DNA of 12,026 nt from a virus (IMGVR_UViG_3300048850_000064:103743-115768); one strand, 5' to 3'; shown: positions 1 to 7,336, numbered from the stretch's first letter. The notes: a model not told the origin generated them from the letters alone. Numbers and translations are program-made.

Positions 1-2
1 AC

Positions 3-1379
3 CGCTTCAATCATACCCGCGAAGCCGTCGACCTGGTGCAGAAATACCTGTTCAAGGGCGCGATCGCCCGCAACGAGGACAATGCGCCCGAGGTCGTCAA
101 GCAGTTCTGGAAGGCGACGACGCTCTCCAACCTGCCGATCGACCAGCTCATGCGCATCGCCTCGACGGGCAACTCGATCTTCGGTCGCGTCGCCATCTTC
201 GTCGACAACAACATGCCGCCCGAGGGCGCCGTCACGCTCGCCGAGGTCAAGCGCTCCGGCGTGAAGATCTACGCCTACATGGTCACCGCGCAGGATCTGC
301 TCGACTATGCCTGGGACGAGGATGGCGACGGTGGCCTGCTCTGGGTCAAGGTGCGCGAATATGCCCGCGACGACCGCGATCCGCTCAATTCGTCCGGTGA
401 GACCGTCGAGCGCGTGCGTCTGTGGACCCGCACCGAATGGAGGCTCTACGAGGAAGTCGAGAAGAAGGGCAGGGGCGGCACGTCGCAGCTCCTCGTCCAG
501 GAGATCGCTTCCGGCACGCACGACCTCGGCGTCGTTCCTTGCGTCTTCGTCGACCACAATCTCGGCTCCGATCCCTACGAGGCTCCGGGACTGATCGACG
601 ATATCGCCTATCTCGATCGCGCCGTCGCCAACTACCTGTCGAACCTCGACGCGATCATCCAGGACCAGACCTTCTCGCAGCTCGCCATGCCGGCGCAGGG
701 CGTGCTGCCGGGCGAGGACGCCTATTCCAAGGTCGTCGACATGGGCACCAAGCGGGTGTTCATCTATGACGGCGGCCCCGGCTCCTCGGCCAAGCCCGAA
801 TATCTGGCGCCCGACCCGAAGCAGGCCGGCGTCATCCTGACGGTGATCAACAAGATCATCAACGAGATCTACCACACGATCGGCCTCGCCGGCGAACGCA
901 CCAAGGAAGACAATGCCGTCGGCATCGACAATTCCTCCGGTGTCGCCAAGGCCTATGACTTCGAGCGGGTCAACTCGCTGCTGCGCGCCAAGGCGCTGTC
1001 CTGCGAGAACGCCGAGAACGAGCTGGTGAAGCTCGTCTGCCTCTGGGCCAAGGAGAAGGCGCCGGCCGAGAAGCTGGTGCGCTATCCGGAAAGCTTCGAC
1101 GTCATGCGGCTTGCCGACGAGCTCGCCGTTGCCGAGCAGCTCGCCAAGATCCAGGCGCCGATCGAGGTGCGCCGCGAACAGATGCGGATCGTCACCGACA
1201 AGCTGTTTGCGCGGCTGGCCGCCGACGTCCAGGCGCGCATCAAGACCAACATTGACGACTGGCTCGAAGGGACGGACGACCCCGACCTTCTCTTCGGCGC
1301 CCCGACCAGTTTCGCAGGCAAGCCCGCGACCGCCCGGCCCCGCCAGGGCCAGGTGACCAAGGACACGCCTTCGAAGTAA
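3..1379 (+). CDS. Phage portal protein (5'-truncated; true start upstream of the window)
   Basis: Frame is open from base 3 (RFNHTREAVDLVQKYLFK...), so GTG at 36 is not the start. SPP1-like portal features (LGVVPCVFVDH, DIAYLDRAVANYLSNLD, SGVAKAYDF); lies immediately before scaffold and capsid genes. Confidence 0.88.
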   Translation, partial: RFNHTREAVDLVQKYLFKGAIARNEDNAPEVVKQFWKATTLSNLPIDQLMRIASTGNSIFGRVAIFVDNNMPPEGAVTLAEVKRSGVKIYAYMVTAQDLLDYAWDEDGDGGLLWVKVREYARDDRDPLNSSGETVERVRLWTRTEWRLYEEVEKKGRGGTSQLLVQEIASGTHDLGVVPCVFVDHNLGSDPYEAPGLIDDIAYLDRAVANYLSNLDAIIQDQTFSQLAMPAQGVLPGEDAYSKVVDMGTKRVFIYDGGPGSSAKPEYLAPDPKQAGVILTVINKIINEIYHTIGLAGERTKEDNAVGIDNSSGVAKAYDFERVNSLLRAKALSCENAENELVKLVCLWAKEKAPAEKLVRYPESFDVMRLADELAVAEQLAKIQAPIEVRREQMRIVTDKLFARLAADVQARIKTNIDDWLEGTDDPDLLFGAPTSFAGKPATARPRQGQVTKDTPSK

Positions 1380-1401
1380 CCGCGCCCCGGCGCATGAACG
1401 A

Positions 1402-1498
1402 AACCGCCCAAGATACCGGGCACCGATACCTGGCCGAGATACTGGCTATCAGACTGCCGTAATACGTAACCGCCCGAGAGACTGGGCAAAGGAGACTG
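1402..1498 (+). promoter_or_regulatory. Array of short hairpins with a shared 8-nt loop (RAGAKACY) in the scaffold leader
   Basis: GCCC-AAGATACC-GGGC (1406-1421), TGGCC-GAGATACT-GGCTA (1431-1448), GCCC-GAGAGACT-GGGC (1472-1487). 21-bp imperfect direct repeat 1402-1422 vs 1468-1488 (18/21). The SD region GGAGACTG (1491-1498) carries the same GAGACT core. Confidence 0.55.
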
Positions 1499-1501
1499 AA
1501 A

Positions 1502-2395
1502 ATGAAGACTGCAATTGCTCGCGTAGGCGCATTTCACGCGTCCTCGATGATGTATCCCGGCGCTCCGCAGATCATGTTCGATGCGCCGAACGACGGTGGC
1601 GTGAACCCCGATCCGAATCCTAATCCGAATCCCGACCCGGCCCCGAAGCCGACTGACCCCGCTCCGGCTCCGAAGAACGACCCGGCGCCGTCGAACGACA
1701 AGACCGACGACGAGAAGCGCGAGCTGCTGCGCGAGGTCATGGACAAGAAGAATAAGCTCAAGGACGCCGAGGCCGAAAAGGAACGCCTTGCCGCCGAGCT
1801 GAAGAAATACGAAGGCATCGACGTCGACAAGGTCAAGGCGCTGATCGAGGCCGAGGCCGCGCGCGAGGCGCAGGAGCTCGAGGCCAAGGGCGAATGGGAC
1901 CGCCTGAAGCAGATGATGGCCGACCAGCACGCTGCCGAGAAGAAGACGCTCGAGGAGCAGATCGAGGCGCTGCGCCAGTCCGACAGCCAGAAGGCCAAGG
2001 CGATCGACGAGCTGACCGTCGGCCAGAACTTCGCGATGTCGACCTTCATCAAGGACGACCTGGTGCTGACGCCGGCAAAGGCCCGCCAGCTCTACGGCGC
2101 CTATTTCGAGCTGAAGGACGGCCGCACCGTCGGCTATGACAAGCCGGCCGGTTCCGAGAACCGCACCATGCTGATCGATTCCGCCGGCAATCCGCTGTCC
2201 TTCGACGAGGGTCTGAAGAAGATCATCGATTCCGATCCGGAGAAGGACACGCTGCTTCGCGCCAAGATCCAGCCCGGCGCCAACTCGAAGACGGTCCAGA
2301 ATCCGACGCCTGGCAGCGACAAGTCGCTCGAAGGTGTAACCGGGGTAAATCGTCTCTCGGCGCTGCTCGCCAAGAAGATGAAGCCGGCCAGCTAA
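1502..2395 (+). CDS. Capsid scaffolding protein
   Basis: 297 aa; SD AAAGGAG at 1488-1494; Pro-rich N-terminal linker and long E/K-rich coiled coil; C-terminal TPAKAR..YG..FE and GYDKPAG motifs; between portal and capsid genes. Confidence 0.8.
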   Translation: MKTAIARVGAFHASSMMYPGAPQIMFDAPNDGGVNPDPNPNPNPDPAPKPTDPAPAPKNDPAPSNDKTDDEKRELLREVMDKKNKLKDAEAEKERLAAELKKYEGIDVDKVKALIEAEAAREAQELEAKGEWDRLKQMMADQHAAEKKTLEEQIEALRQSDSQKAKAIDELTVGQNFAMSTFIKDDLVLTPAKARQLYGAYFELKDGRTVGYDKPAGSENRTMLIDSAGNPLSFDEGLKKIIDSDPEKDTLLRAKIQPGANSKTVQNPTPGSDKSLEGVTGVNRLSALLAKKMKPAS

Positions 2396-2408
2396 GTCGA
2401 AAACAGTA

Positions 2409-2426
2409 TCAGTCATTACTGACTGA
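2409..2426. promoter_or_regulatory. Palindromic site 1: TCAGTCA-TTAC-TGACTGA
   Basis: Perfect 7-bp inverted repeat starting 14 nt after the scaffold stop; member of a 7-copy family. Confidence 0.8.
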
Positions 2427-2435
2427 ATTTTCTGC

Positions 2436-2465
2436 TTGCAGTGTGGATCGCCATCAAGGTAAGAT
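2436..2465 (+). promoter_or_regulatory. Putative sigma70-type promoter of the capsid gene (TTGCAG-N18-TAAGAT)
   Basis: -35-like TTGCAG 2436-2441 (preceded by C) and -10-like TAAGAT 2460-2465; same 18-bp geometry recurs at 7757-7786. Confidence 0.5.
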
Positions 2466-2493
2466 ATTGGTCAGTCACCAATGACTTTACCTT
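2457..2493 (+). repeat. 37-bp exact direct repeat, copy 1 (AGGTAAGATATTGGTCAGTCACCAATGACTTTACCTT)
   Basis: Identical to 7778-7814. Confidence 0.97.
2471..2488. promoter_or_regulatory. Palindromic site 2: TCAGTCA-CCAA-TGACTTT
   Basis: AGTCA-N4-TGACT core starting 6 nt after the putative -10, i.e. over the expected transcription start. Confidence 0.8.
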
Positions 2494-2530
2494 GATGGCG
2501 ATCTTTTCGCATTGCTAAGGAGAATTACCG

Positions 2531-3433
2531 ATGCCGCTGCTTATTACGGAAGCTGAAAAGCTGTCCCAGGAGGACATGGAGCGTGGCGTGATCGAAGAGA
2601 TCATCGAAAAGGATGAGCTCTTTGCTCTCGTGCCCTTTATGTCCGTCTCGGACAAAACCTACACCTATGTTCGCGAAGGCGACCTGCCGGACGTCGCGTT
2701 CCTTGATCCTTACGAGGATTTCGAAGAGAGCGCCGCGACCTTCGTGGAAGTCTCGAGCAAGCTCAAGGTGCTCGGCGGCGACCTGCTCATGGACAAGTTC
2801 ACGACCGCTACCCAGTCGTCCCTGAACGACCAGGTCGCGATCCAGATCCAGAAGAAGGCCAAGTCGATCAACCGCACCTTCCGCAATGCGATGGTGAACG
2901 GCGACACCGCGGTCAACCCGAAGTCCTTCGACGGCATCAAGAAGCTCACCCCGAGCTACCAGACGCTGGTTGCCGGCGCCAACGGCGCTGCCGTCAGCCC
3001 GGAAATGCTCGACGAGCTGCTCGACGCGGTCAAGCTCGGCGCAGACTGCCTGATGATGCGTCAGGGCACCTGGCGCGCGATCCGCTCCATCATGCGCTCC
3101 TTCGGTGGCAACACCGGCGACATGATCCAGATTCCGAACTTCGGACATCCGGTTCGCGCCTATGATGGCATCCCGGTCATCATCAACGACTACATGACGG
3201 CCGACGAAGTCCAGGGCACGGCGAACGAGACCGCCTCGATCTACGCGCTCCGCCTCAACGAGGCCGACGGCTTCCACGGCATCTACGGCGGTGGCCCGGC
3301 CGGCGTCCAGCTCGAGCACATCGGCACGTCCCACACCAAGGACGCCGACAAGTGGCGCGTCAAGTGGTATGCCGGCACGGCTCTGAAGGCGACCCACTCG
3401 GTTGCCCGTCTCAAGGGCGTGACCAACATTTAA
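2531..3433 (+). CDS. Major capsid protein (HK97 fold presumed)
   Basis: 300 aa; SD AAGGAG upstream; strongly biased codon usage; follows scaffold gene; C-terminal DADKWRVKWYAG...LKGVTNI resembles SSU5-type capsids (recalled). Confidence 0.9.
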   Translation: MPLLITEAEKLSQEDMERGVIEEIIEKDELFALVPFMSVSDKTYTYVREGDLPDVAFLDPYEDFEESAATFVEVSSKLKVLGGDLLMDKFTTATQSSLNDQVAIQIQKKAKSINRTFRNAMVNGDTAVNPKSFDGIKKLTPSYQTLVAGANGAAVSPEMLDELLDAVKLGADCLMMRQGTWRAIRSIMRSFGGNTGDMIQIPNFGHPVRAYDGIPVIINDYMTADEVQGTANETASIYALRLNEADGFHGIYGGGPAGVQLEHIGTSHTKDADKWRVKWYAGTALKATHSVARLKGVTNI

Positions 3434-3435
3434 TC

Positions 3436-3464
3436 TTGATAGTCAGTCACTACTGACTTAATAT
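3436..3464 (+). promoter_or_regulatory. Putative sigma70 promoter TTGATA-N17-TAATAT
   Basis: -35 at 3436-3441, -10 at 3459-3464, 17-bp spacer occupied by palindromic site 3. Confidence 0.6.
3443..3460. promoter_or_regulatory. Palindromic site 3: TCAGTCA-CTAC-TGACTTA
   Basis: AGTCA-N4-TGACT core starting 10 nt after the capsid stop. Confidence 0.8.
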
Positions 3465-3465
3465 G

Positions 3466-3498
3466 AGGGGCGGGTTTTTCCCGCCCCTTTTAGTTTTT
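3466..3498 (+). terminator. Intrinsic terminator after the capsid gene
   Basis: 9-bp stem AGGGGCGGG-TTTTT-CCCGCCCCT followed by TTTAGTTTTT. Confidence 0.85.
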
Positions 3499-3507
3499 GG
3501 CGAGAAT

Positions 3508-3762
3508 ATGAACGAAATCACGATCTACGGACAGGACCGCTGCGGCCATTGCGTCAGAGCAAAGGTGCATCTTGAGCGGGCTAATATTCCCTTCACCTAT
3601 CGCGACATCGCCGATCCGGCCGACAAGGCAGAAATGTTCCGGCGCAATCCGAAGGCAAAGACCGTTCCGCAGATCTTCATCGGGGAGCGGCTCATCGGCG
3701 GCGCTGATCAGCTTGTCGCGCTCCCTCTTTCCGAACTGCAACAGATGATCGGTGGAAAATGA
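3508..3762 (+). CDS. Glutaredoxin (GrxC/NrdH-like) with CGHC active site
   Basis: 84 aa from ATG 3508 (MNEITIYGQDRCGHCVRAK...TVPQIFIGERLIGGADQL): CxxC, cis-Pro TVP and GG motifs. The track's ATG 3463 lies in the -10/terminator region. Confidence 0.9.
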   Translation: MNEITIYGQDRCGHCVRAKVHLERANIPFTYRDIADPADKAEMFRRNPKAKTVPQIFIGERLIGGADQLVALPLSELQQMIGGK

Positions 3763-4928
3763 ACTATCTCAAGATCGTATCGAAGGGCTGGGCTGGCTAT
3801 TCCGGCAATCTCGGCAGTCTCATCTTCAAGGACGGCGTCTCGACCGAGCCCGTCTCCCAGCTCATCGGCGACCGGCTCGCAGCCGTTGCCCAGATGATCT
3901 GGGTCGATGCCGACGGCAACGAGATCGGCCCGACCGGCGTTGCTCACCGCCTGGCGACCGAAAGCAAGGGTCGCGCTCCGGTGACGGCCGCACTTGCCCG
4001 TCAGAGCGACACCGAAAAGAGCCGCGAACAGGCCTTCGATGCGGTGCGCAGCGAACAGGCGCCGACCCGCTTCTACACCCGCGAGGAGCTCGAGGAGGTC
4101 GGCGACAAGCACGGTATGAAGGGTCTGCGCGCGATCGCCGACAAGTGGGGCGTCAAGGAACGCTCGATGACGGCGCTGATGAACGAGCTGCTCAAGGTCC
4201 AGGCCGAGTTCCTGGAAAAGCGCAATCTCAAGCTCCAGCAGCACTCCGAAAAGACCGCGGCTGCGATCAAGGAGGCCGAGGAGGAAAAGAAGCGCCTGGC
4301 CGAAGAGACGCGCAAGGCTCAGGAAGAGGCTGACCGGCTTGCCGGCATTCTCGAGGGCACCGATGCGATCGCTTCAGTCTACACCTCCGGCGAGCTGATC
4401 ATCCCGGCCGCGGCGATCATCGAATCCGCCTGGAAGCGCTCGCTGATGACGGTCACCGGCTTCAACGCGCTCGACAAGGTCAAGCGTGACGAGAAGATCG
4501 TCGCCGAGCTCGAGGAGCTTGCCGCTCTTCACGGCGCACCGCTCGTCGCTCAGTCGATCGAAAAGACCGAAGCTCCGACCAGCAAGCCGGAACTGATTGT
4601 TGATGGCGTCATTCATGCGGATAAGCTCGTCGCCGACAAGATCGTGCCCGCCACCATCAACGCCGGTCTTATTCGCTCCTCGGATGGCAAGATGCAGGTC
4701 GATCTGACCAATAAGAGTATTGCCATCGATGCCGAGACGCTTCTCGGTTCCTCGGTCCTGGCTTCCACCTACGAGATCGGTGGCGAGACGGTGCAGCTTG
4801 GCGACATCGTCGCGGCCGCGCATGTCACCTTCGGCGGCACGGTCGCCGAGTGGAACGCTCTTGCCGATGACGACCGCGAGGCTCTCCTCCGGCTCGAGCT
4901 CGACAAGCGTCTCGCCGCTGCGGAGTAA
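3759..4928 (+). CDS. Multi-domain accessory protein (HeH/Rho-N-like helical domain, coiled coil, duplicated 50-aa module)
   Basis: 389 aa; ATGA overlap with the glutaredoxin stop; YTREELEEVGDKHGMKGLRAIADKWGVK resembles helix-extension-helix domains often encoded after capsid genes. Function unknown. Confidence 0.65.
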   Translation: MNYLKIVSKGWAGYSGNLGSLIFKDGVSTEPVSQLIGDRLAAVAQMIWVDADGNEIGPTGVAHRLATESKGRAPVTAALARQSDTEKSREQAFDAVRSEQAPTRFYTREELEEVGDKHGMKGLRAIADKWGVKERSMTALMNELLKVQAEFLEKRNLKLQQHSEKTAAAIKEAEEEKKRLAEETRKAQEEADRLAGILEGTDAIASVYTSGELIIPAAAIIESAWKRSLMTVTGFNALDKVKRDEKIVAELEELAALHGAPLVAQSIEKTEAPTSKPELIVDGVIHADKLVADKIVPATINAGLIRSSDGKMQVDLTNKSIAIDAETLLGSSVLASTYEIGGETVQLGDIVAAAHVTFGGTVAEWNALADDDREALLRLELDKRLAAAE

Positions 4929-4931
4929 GCG

Positions 4932-5810
4932 ATGAACCTCTACCCCGACAATTACGACGTCACCGTCACCATTGCCTTCACCGACCTCAATGGCGCGCCT
5001 ATCACGCCGAGCGCGGTAAAGGCCGTTCTCTCCGATGGCGACGACCAGGTCGTGAACGACTTCGGCGCGATCACCTTCGATCCGGCAGAGGCCGGCGTCG
5101 AGATCACGATCCCGGCCGAATTCAACCAGCTCGGGGCAGGGGAGCTTTCCGACGCGCGCATCCTGCGCGTGACCCTTGAGACGGCCGCCGGCGAGATCCG
5201 GCGTTCGTCCTCCTACATCATCCAGGGCGAGCGCCGCCTGGAGATCATGACCAATTCCTTCGTCTCGATCGAATCGGCCGCGATCATCGCCCGCGACATT
5301 CCCGGCCTTTCCGGCTGGTCGAGCGCCTCCGACGACGAGCGCTATGCCGCGCTGATCTCCGCCTATCACCGGCTCACCCGCATCCCGATGAAGTTCTATC
5401 CGGAAGCCGAGGGTCCGATCGAGACGCGCGAGAACTGGGGCTATGGCAACGACCACAATGCCGAGCCGTTCAAGCGCCCCTATCACTGGACCAAGGATCT
5501 CGTCGGCAGCTACGGCCGCGCCGAGACGATCATCCCGGCCTCTGCCTGGCCGGTCGTCACCGAGACCGAGTTCATGGGCTGGCCGGCGCATTTCCGCAAG
5601 GCCGTGCGCTTCGCCCAGGTGGCCGAGGCAGGCGAACTGCTCGAGGATGACGTCGTCACCAGGAAGCATCGCCAGGGCATCATCTCCGAGACCGTCGGCG
5701 AAAGCTCGGTCATGCTGCGCGGCGGGCGCCTCGATCTCGGCATCAGCCGGCGCGCCCTCGAATATCTGACCGGCTACGTCTATTACAACTGGCGGGTAAG
5801 CCGCGCATGA
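4932..5810 (+). CDS. Head-tail adaptor / head completion protein (putative)
   Basis: 292 aa; NSFVSIESA...WSSASDDERYAALISAYHRL and IISETVGESSVM motifs typical of adaptor proteins; position after capsid region. Confidence 0.65.
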   Translation: MNLYPDNYDVTVTIAFTDLNGAPITPSAVKAVLSDGDDQVVNDFGAITFDPAEAGVEITIPAEFNQLGAGELSDARILRVTLETAAGEIRRSSSYIIQGERRLEIMTNSFVSIESAAIIARDIPGLSGWSSASDDERYAALISAYHRLTRIPMKFYPEAEGPIETRENWGYGNDHNAEPFKRPYHWTKDLVGSYGRAETIIPASAWPVVTETEFMGWPAHFRKAVRFAQVAEAGELLEDDVVTRKHRQGIISETVGESSVMLRGGRLDLGISRRALEYLTGYVYYNWRVSRA

Positions 5811-6580
5811 TCCTGCAGCGACTGAGCCATGAGGCCGAGACTGCGGCAATGCGTTACGGCCTGCTCACCGAAGCCTGGCGCTCGATCTTTCACCAGGCGC
5901 TGAACGCCTCGAACTTCGGCTATCCGGCCGTCACCGACAAGGCGATCGGCGAAGCTTTCCGGGTCGCCGAGACCTATCTTTCCGAAGAGCGGCATGCGGC
6001 CGAGCGGACGCTGAGTGAAATCGCTACAGAAGCGCGCACAGTGACGCTTGCAGATTTGCAGAGCATCGACGCGTCAGAGATGACGGAGCGAGCCCTCGAG
6101 CATCTGAGCGTGACCCGCAGCTATCTCGTAGACGAACTGATTGCGCAGTGTCATCGCGATATCGCGCTGATGCGTCAGACGATGCAGCGGGTGTCGCTCG
6201 AGGTCTCGATCTCCTCGCGCAGTCGCGGCATTTCCGAACGCACCGCGCTCGTCGAATACCGCATCGGCAACCAGGCCGACCTGCAGTTCATCTTCCACGA
6301 CCGGCACGCCCGCAAGTGGGCCTCGAAGAAGTTCGTGCGCGCCCTTTGGCGCCATACGCTGCTCTCGACCTATAACGAGTCGGTTCTCTTCACGCTCGCC
6401 GATCACGGCCTGGCCCGCGCCCGGGTGGCGCATGAGGATCATGGCGCTGCCTCGCACGGCATGATCGTCGCGATCGGCTCGAACAGCGAGTTTCCGACCT
6501 ATTCCGAGATCCGGAACGAGGTCTTCCACCCGAACGCCAATGCGGTCCTGGAAATGGAGAAGCCCGATGTTCACGCCTAA
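5807..6580 (+). CDS. Putative minor capsid / head morphogenesis protein
   Basis: 257 aa; ATGA-coupled to the upstream gene; FHDRHARKWASKKFVR and C-terminal FHPNA resemble minor capsid protein (SPP1 gp7/Mu F-like) motifs. Confidence 0.5.
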   Translation: MILQRLSHEAETAAMRYGLLTEAWRSIFHQALNASNFGYPAVTDKAIGEAFRVAETYLSEERHAAERTLSEIATEARTVTLADLQSIDASEMTERALEHLSVTRSYLVDELIAQCHRDIALMRQTMQRVSLEVSISSRSRGISERTALVEYRIGNQADLQFIFHDRHARKWASKKFVRALWRHTLLSTYNESVLFTLADHGLARARVAHEDHGAASHGMIVAIGSNSEFPTYSEIRNEVFHPNANAVLEMEKPDVHA

Positions 6581-6905
6581 CCGCTCGGCGCTTTTGCTGA
6601 AGCGCACCGGCCGCGACAAGCATGCCCGCGAGATCTTCGCGCCGGCCAGCGACGTCCGCATCGCCATCGTGCGCCGCATCACCCGCATCGGCAAGACGAC
6701 GGTGCGCCAGGATTCGTCCGCCTCCCGCGGCGCTGCCGAGGAGACGCTCGCCGACATCAAGATCCTGATCAAGCCGACCGCGATCGCCAAGGACGACCGC
6801 ATGATCATCGACGGCGACACGTTCCGGGTCGTCGAGGTGCATCCGCGCTACACCGTCTATGGCGGGCTCGATCACTACGAGGTCGATCTGGGGATCGTCG
6901 TATGA
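6567..6905 (+). CDS. Head closure / head-tail joining protein (putative)
   Basis: 112 aa from ATG 6567 with GGAG SD at 6556-6559; beta-rich C-terminus IIDGDTFRVVEVHP...HYEVDL typical of stopper proteins. Confidence 0.6.
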   Translation: MFTPNRSALLLKRTGRDKHAREIFAPASDVRIAIVRRITRIGKTTVRQDSSASRGAAEETLADIKILIKPTAIAKDDRMIIDGDTFRVVEVHPRYTVYGGLDHYEVDLGIVV

Positions 6906-7336
6906 TCAAGCTGCGCGCCCATAATGTCGGCAAGGTCGTCATCGAGCTTGGTCACTTGGGCGAGCGCGTCGTCGACAATGCCCGCAAGACCATGCACGCC
7001 GCGGCCAAGCGCATCGAGAACAAGGCCAAGCTGCAGGCGCCGGTCGACGAGCACAATCTCGAGGAGTCGATCCATATCGAGCGCTACACGGTCGAACGCG
7101 GCCGCCTGGCGCTCGAGGTCGTCGCCGGCGGAATGGTCGACGGCATCAATGTCGACGACTACGCCGCCTACATGCACGAGGGCGATTACAATCTCGGGCC
7201 GAAATCGGTCGCCAAGCAGAATGCCAACCCCGACGTCGTCGTCGGCCGCAAGTTCCTGGAGCGCGCCCGGGACGAAGAGGAAGAGACCCTCGACGAGAAG
7301 ATGATCCACGCACTGAGAAGGATCCTGCCAAAATGA
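6902..7336 (+). CDS. HK97 gp10-like neck/tail-component protein
   Basis: 144 aa; AKLQAPVDEHNLEESI, YAAYMHEG and GRKFLERA motifs; ATGA coupling at both ends. Confidence 0.75.
   Translation: MIKLRAHNVGKVVIELGHLGERVVDNARKTMHAAAKRIENKAKLQAPVDEHNLEESIHIERYTVERGRLALEVVAGGMVDGINVDDYAAYMHEGDYNLGPKSVAKQNANPDVVVGRKFLERARDEEEETLDEKMIHALRRILPK

Larger units (their letters stand above)
2446..2503 (+). other. Long hairpin / inverted repeat upstream of the capsid gene
   Basis: Perfect 17-bp arms GATCGCCATCAAGGTAA (2446-2462) and TTACCTTGATGGCGATC (2487-2503) enclose an inner stem ATTGGT-cagtc-ACCAAT. Confidence 0.85.

Noticed and set aside
36-38. GTG at 36 as portal start
   Set aside because: Frame is open upstream to the window edge and encodes the RFNHTRE motif; the gene is truncated.
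1604-1690. PN/PD/PA tandem repeats as a DNA-level VNTR or diversity element
   Set aside because: Codons vary between units, consistent with an old protein low-complexity linker rather than an active repeat.
3463-3507. 15-aa N-terminal extension of the glutaredoxin (MRGGFFPPLLVFGEN)
   Set aside because: It is the terminator hairpin read in frame; the glutaredoxin fold begins at Met 3508.
3752-4333. 193-aa alternative-frame plus-strand ORF overlapping the 389-aa gene
   Set aside because: Arg/Gly-rich composition typical of off-frame translation of GC-rich DNA.
4479-4490. GTCA-AGCG-TGAC partial palindrome (and CGTCA-GAGA-TGACG at 6072-6085)
   Set aside because: Only the 8-bp core matches, both lie inside coding sequence, and such matches can arise by chance; not counted among the seven sites.
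6540-6566. ATG 6540 as start of the head-closure gene
   Set aside because: ATG 6567 has a well-spaced GGAG SD and a shorter overlap with the upstream gene.
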